Assembly: GCA_045537895.1 (NCBI GenBank)
Contig: JAZSQI010000005.1
Span: 60-64,059 of the forward strand
Reading direction: 5' to 3'
DNA: 64,000 nucleotides
From: Clostridia bacterium
GTDB lineage: Bacteria > Bacillota > Clostridia > TANB77 > CAG-465
Shown piece by piece: positions 63,110 to 64,000 of the stretch. A program made the translations under genes and the position numbers. Each line of letters begins with the position of its first letter. Within the stretch, counting starts at the first letter, position 1. The notes beneath the pieces were generated by a model that was not told the DNA's origin, did no database searches, and saw only the letters and a program-made list of their open reading frames with translations.

Positions 63110-63808
63110 TTACATAATATTTAAATTAACATTTGCCCAATTTAACGAGTCATATACGATATCATCTATACACTCTTCATTCGGCATAAAATGTGTTGTT
63201 TCTTGATACCATTTTATTCTTTTTTCTTTAGAACCAATTTTATCATATATTTCTTTTGCGCCAGCAGGCTCTGCTACGTAATCACGTACTGACTGAACAA
63301 TATATGCATCTGAAGTTATATTCTCCAAGTTGTTTCTTACATAGCCTTGTAATCTTCTAAGTTCCAAACTATTACGTATTTTTGAGTAATTTAAGCTGCT
63401 TAATACCGTTTTAAGATGATATACCTTTTGCTTAGGTTTCTTGTTTACGATAGTCCATAAGAAGTTCCTAAAATTCCAAATATGCATAGGAGCATTAAAC
63501 AATATAAGTTTATCTATTTTAGTATTTACAGCTAGCCCCATAGACACAAGTCCACCCATTGAATAGCCAAAAACATATATTTTATCGTACTCTAAACAAT
63601 TATCGTTAATATATATTGTCAACCCATCAATTATATCTTCATATTTTGTTCCTATTTTTATTCTTCCTTTTATGCCATGTCCTTTTAACAAAGGTGTATA
63701 TATGTCTTTTTCATTAATTCCATTTATAATAAGCTGTTTTTTTATGCTTTCAACATCTTTTGGCGTTCCACCAAATCCATGTACAACTATATATGCTATT
63801 CTTTCCAC
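63110..63808 (-). CDS. alpha/beta hydrolase (carboxylesterase-like)
   Basis: HGFGG oxyanion loop, GYSMG nucleophile, late D and H. Confidence 0.85.
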   Translation of the reverse strand: MERIAYIVVHGFGGTPKDVESIKKQLIINGINEKDIYTPLLKGHGIKGRIKIGTKYEDIIDGLTIYINDNCLEYDKIYVFGYSMGGLVSMGLAVNTKIDKLILFNAPMHIWNFRNFLWTIVNKKPKQKVYHLKTVLSSLNYSKIRNSLELRRLQGYVRNNLENITSDAYIVQSVRDYVAEPAGAKEIYDKIGSKEKRIKWYQETTHFMPNEECIDDIVYDSLNWANVNLNIM

Positions 63809-63880
63809 ATTATCACCAGTTACATTATATCATATAACATGCCATAAATTAAACATTATTGTCAAAATTTATCGAATAAA

Positions 63881-64000
63881 TTTCCACCAGCTTAGCTGGT
63901 GGTTTTTCCTTTTCGGCTGAAAGCCTATATTATTGGCATCCACTAAAGTGGCCTTTTGCGACTGACATTTGCAATTGTCACTCGCTACCCTTTAAAAGGG
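63881..64000 (-). mobile_element. probable 3' end of an IS200/IS605-family element
   Basis: GC-richer tract of stacked hairpins ending in CCACCAGC-TAA-GCTGGTGG; CCCTTTTAAAGGGTAGC resembles the PFKGS-coding end of clostridial IS200 TnpA (from memory); transposase outside the window. Confidence 0.45.

Overview
Low-GC (AT-rich) Firmicute chromosome segment, probably an uncultured Clostridia lineage. That assignment is inferred from gene content, the pilin style and the rpsL-rpsG-fusA-tuf sequences. Most genes lie on the minus strand. The housekeeping backbone is rpsL, rpsG, fusA, tuf, fapR-plsX-acpP, rnc, split transketolase, rarA, LCP, dac, prfA, prs, mutS/mutL/miaA, sepF, divIVA and valS. Four accessory loci interrupt it. 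(1) At about 1.1-9.5 kb, a tandemly repeated module: variable cargo gene, gene A, membrane-anchored gene B, a sigmaK-like promoter with a 47-codon stub resembling the N-terminus of sporulation protease YabG, then a double-HTH gene; a hairpin-rich non-coding tract follows. (2) At 12.7-23.4 kb, an expanded TerY-P-like island: TelA-like protein, PP2C, two vWA-like proteins, a 1613-aa multi-module kinase with Zn fingers, and a Zn-ribbon protein. (3) A pilin-like gene between mutS and mutL. (4) A radical SAM/SPASM maturase with an unannotated 37-aa Cys/Asp-rich precursor peptide between acpP and rnc. Also present: an orphan VirD4-like coupling protein near a frameshifted comEA, and a probable IS200/IS605 end at the window edge. 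All family calls come from motif recognition by eye; no database search was run.
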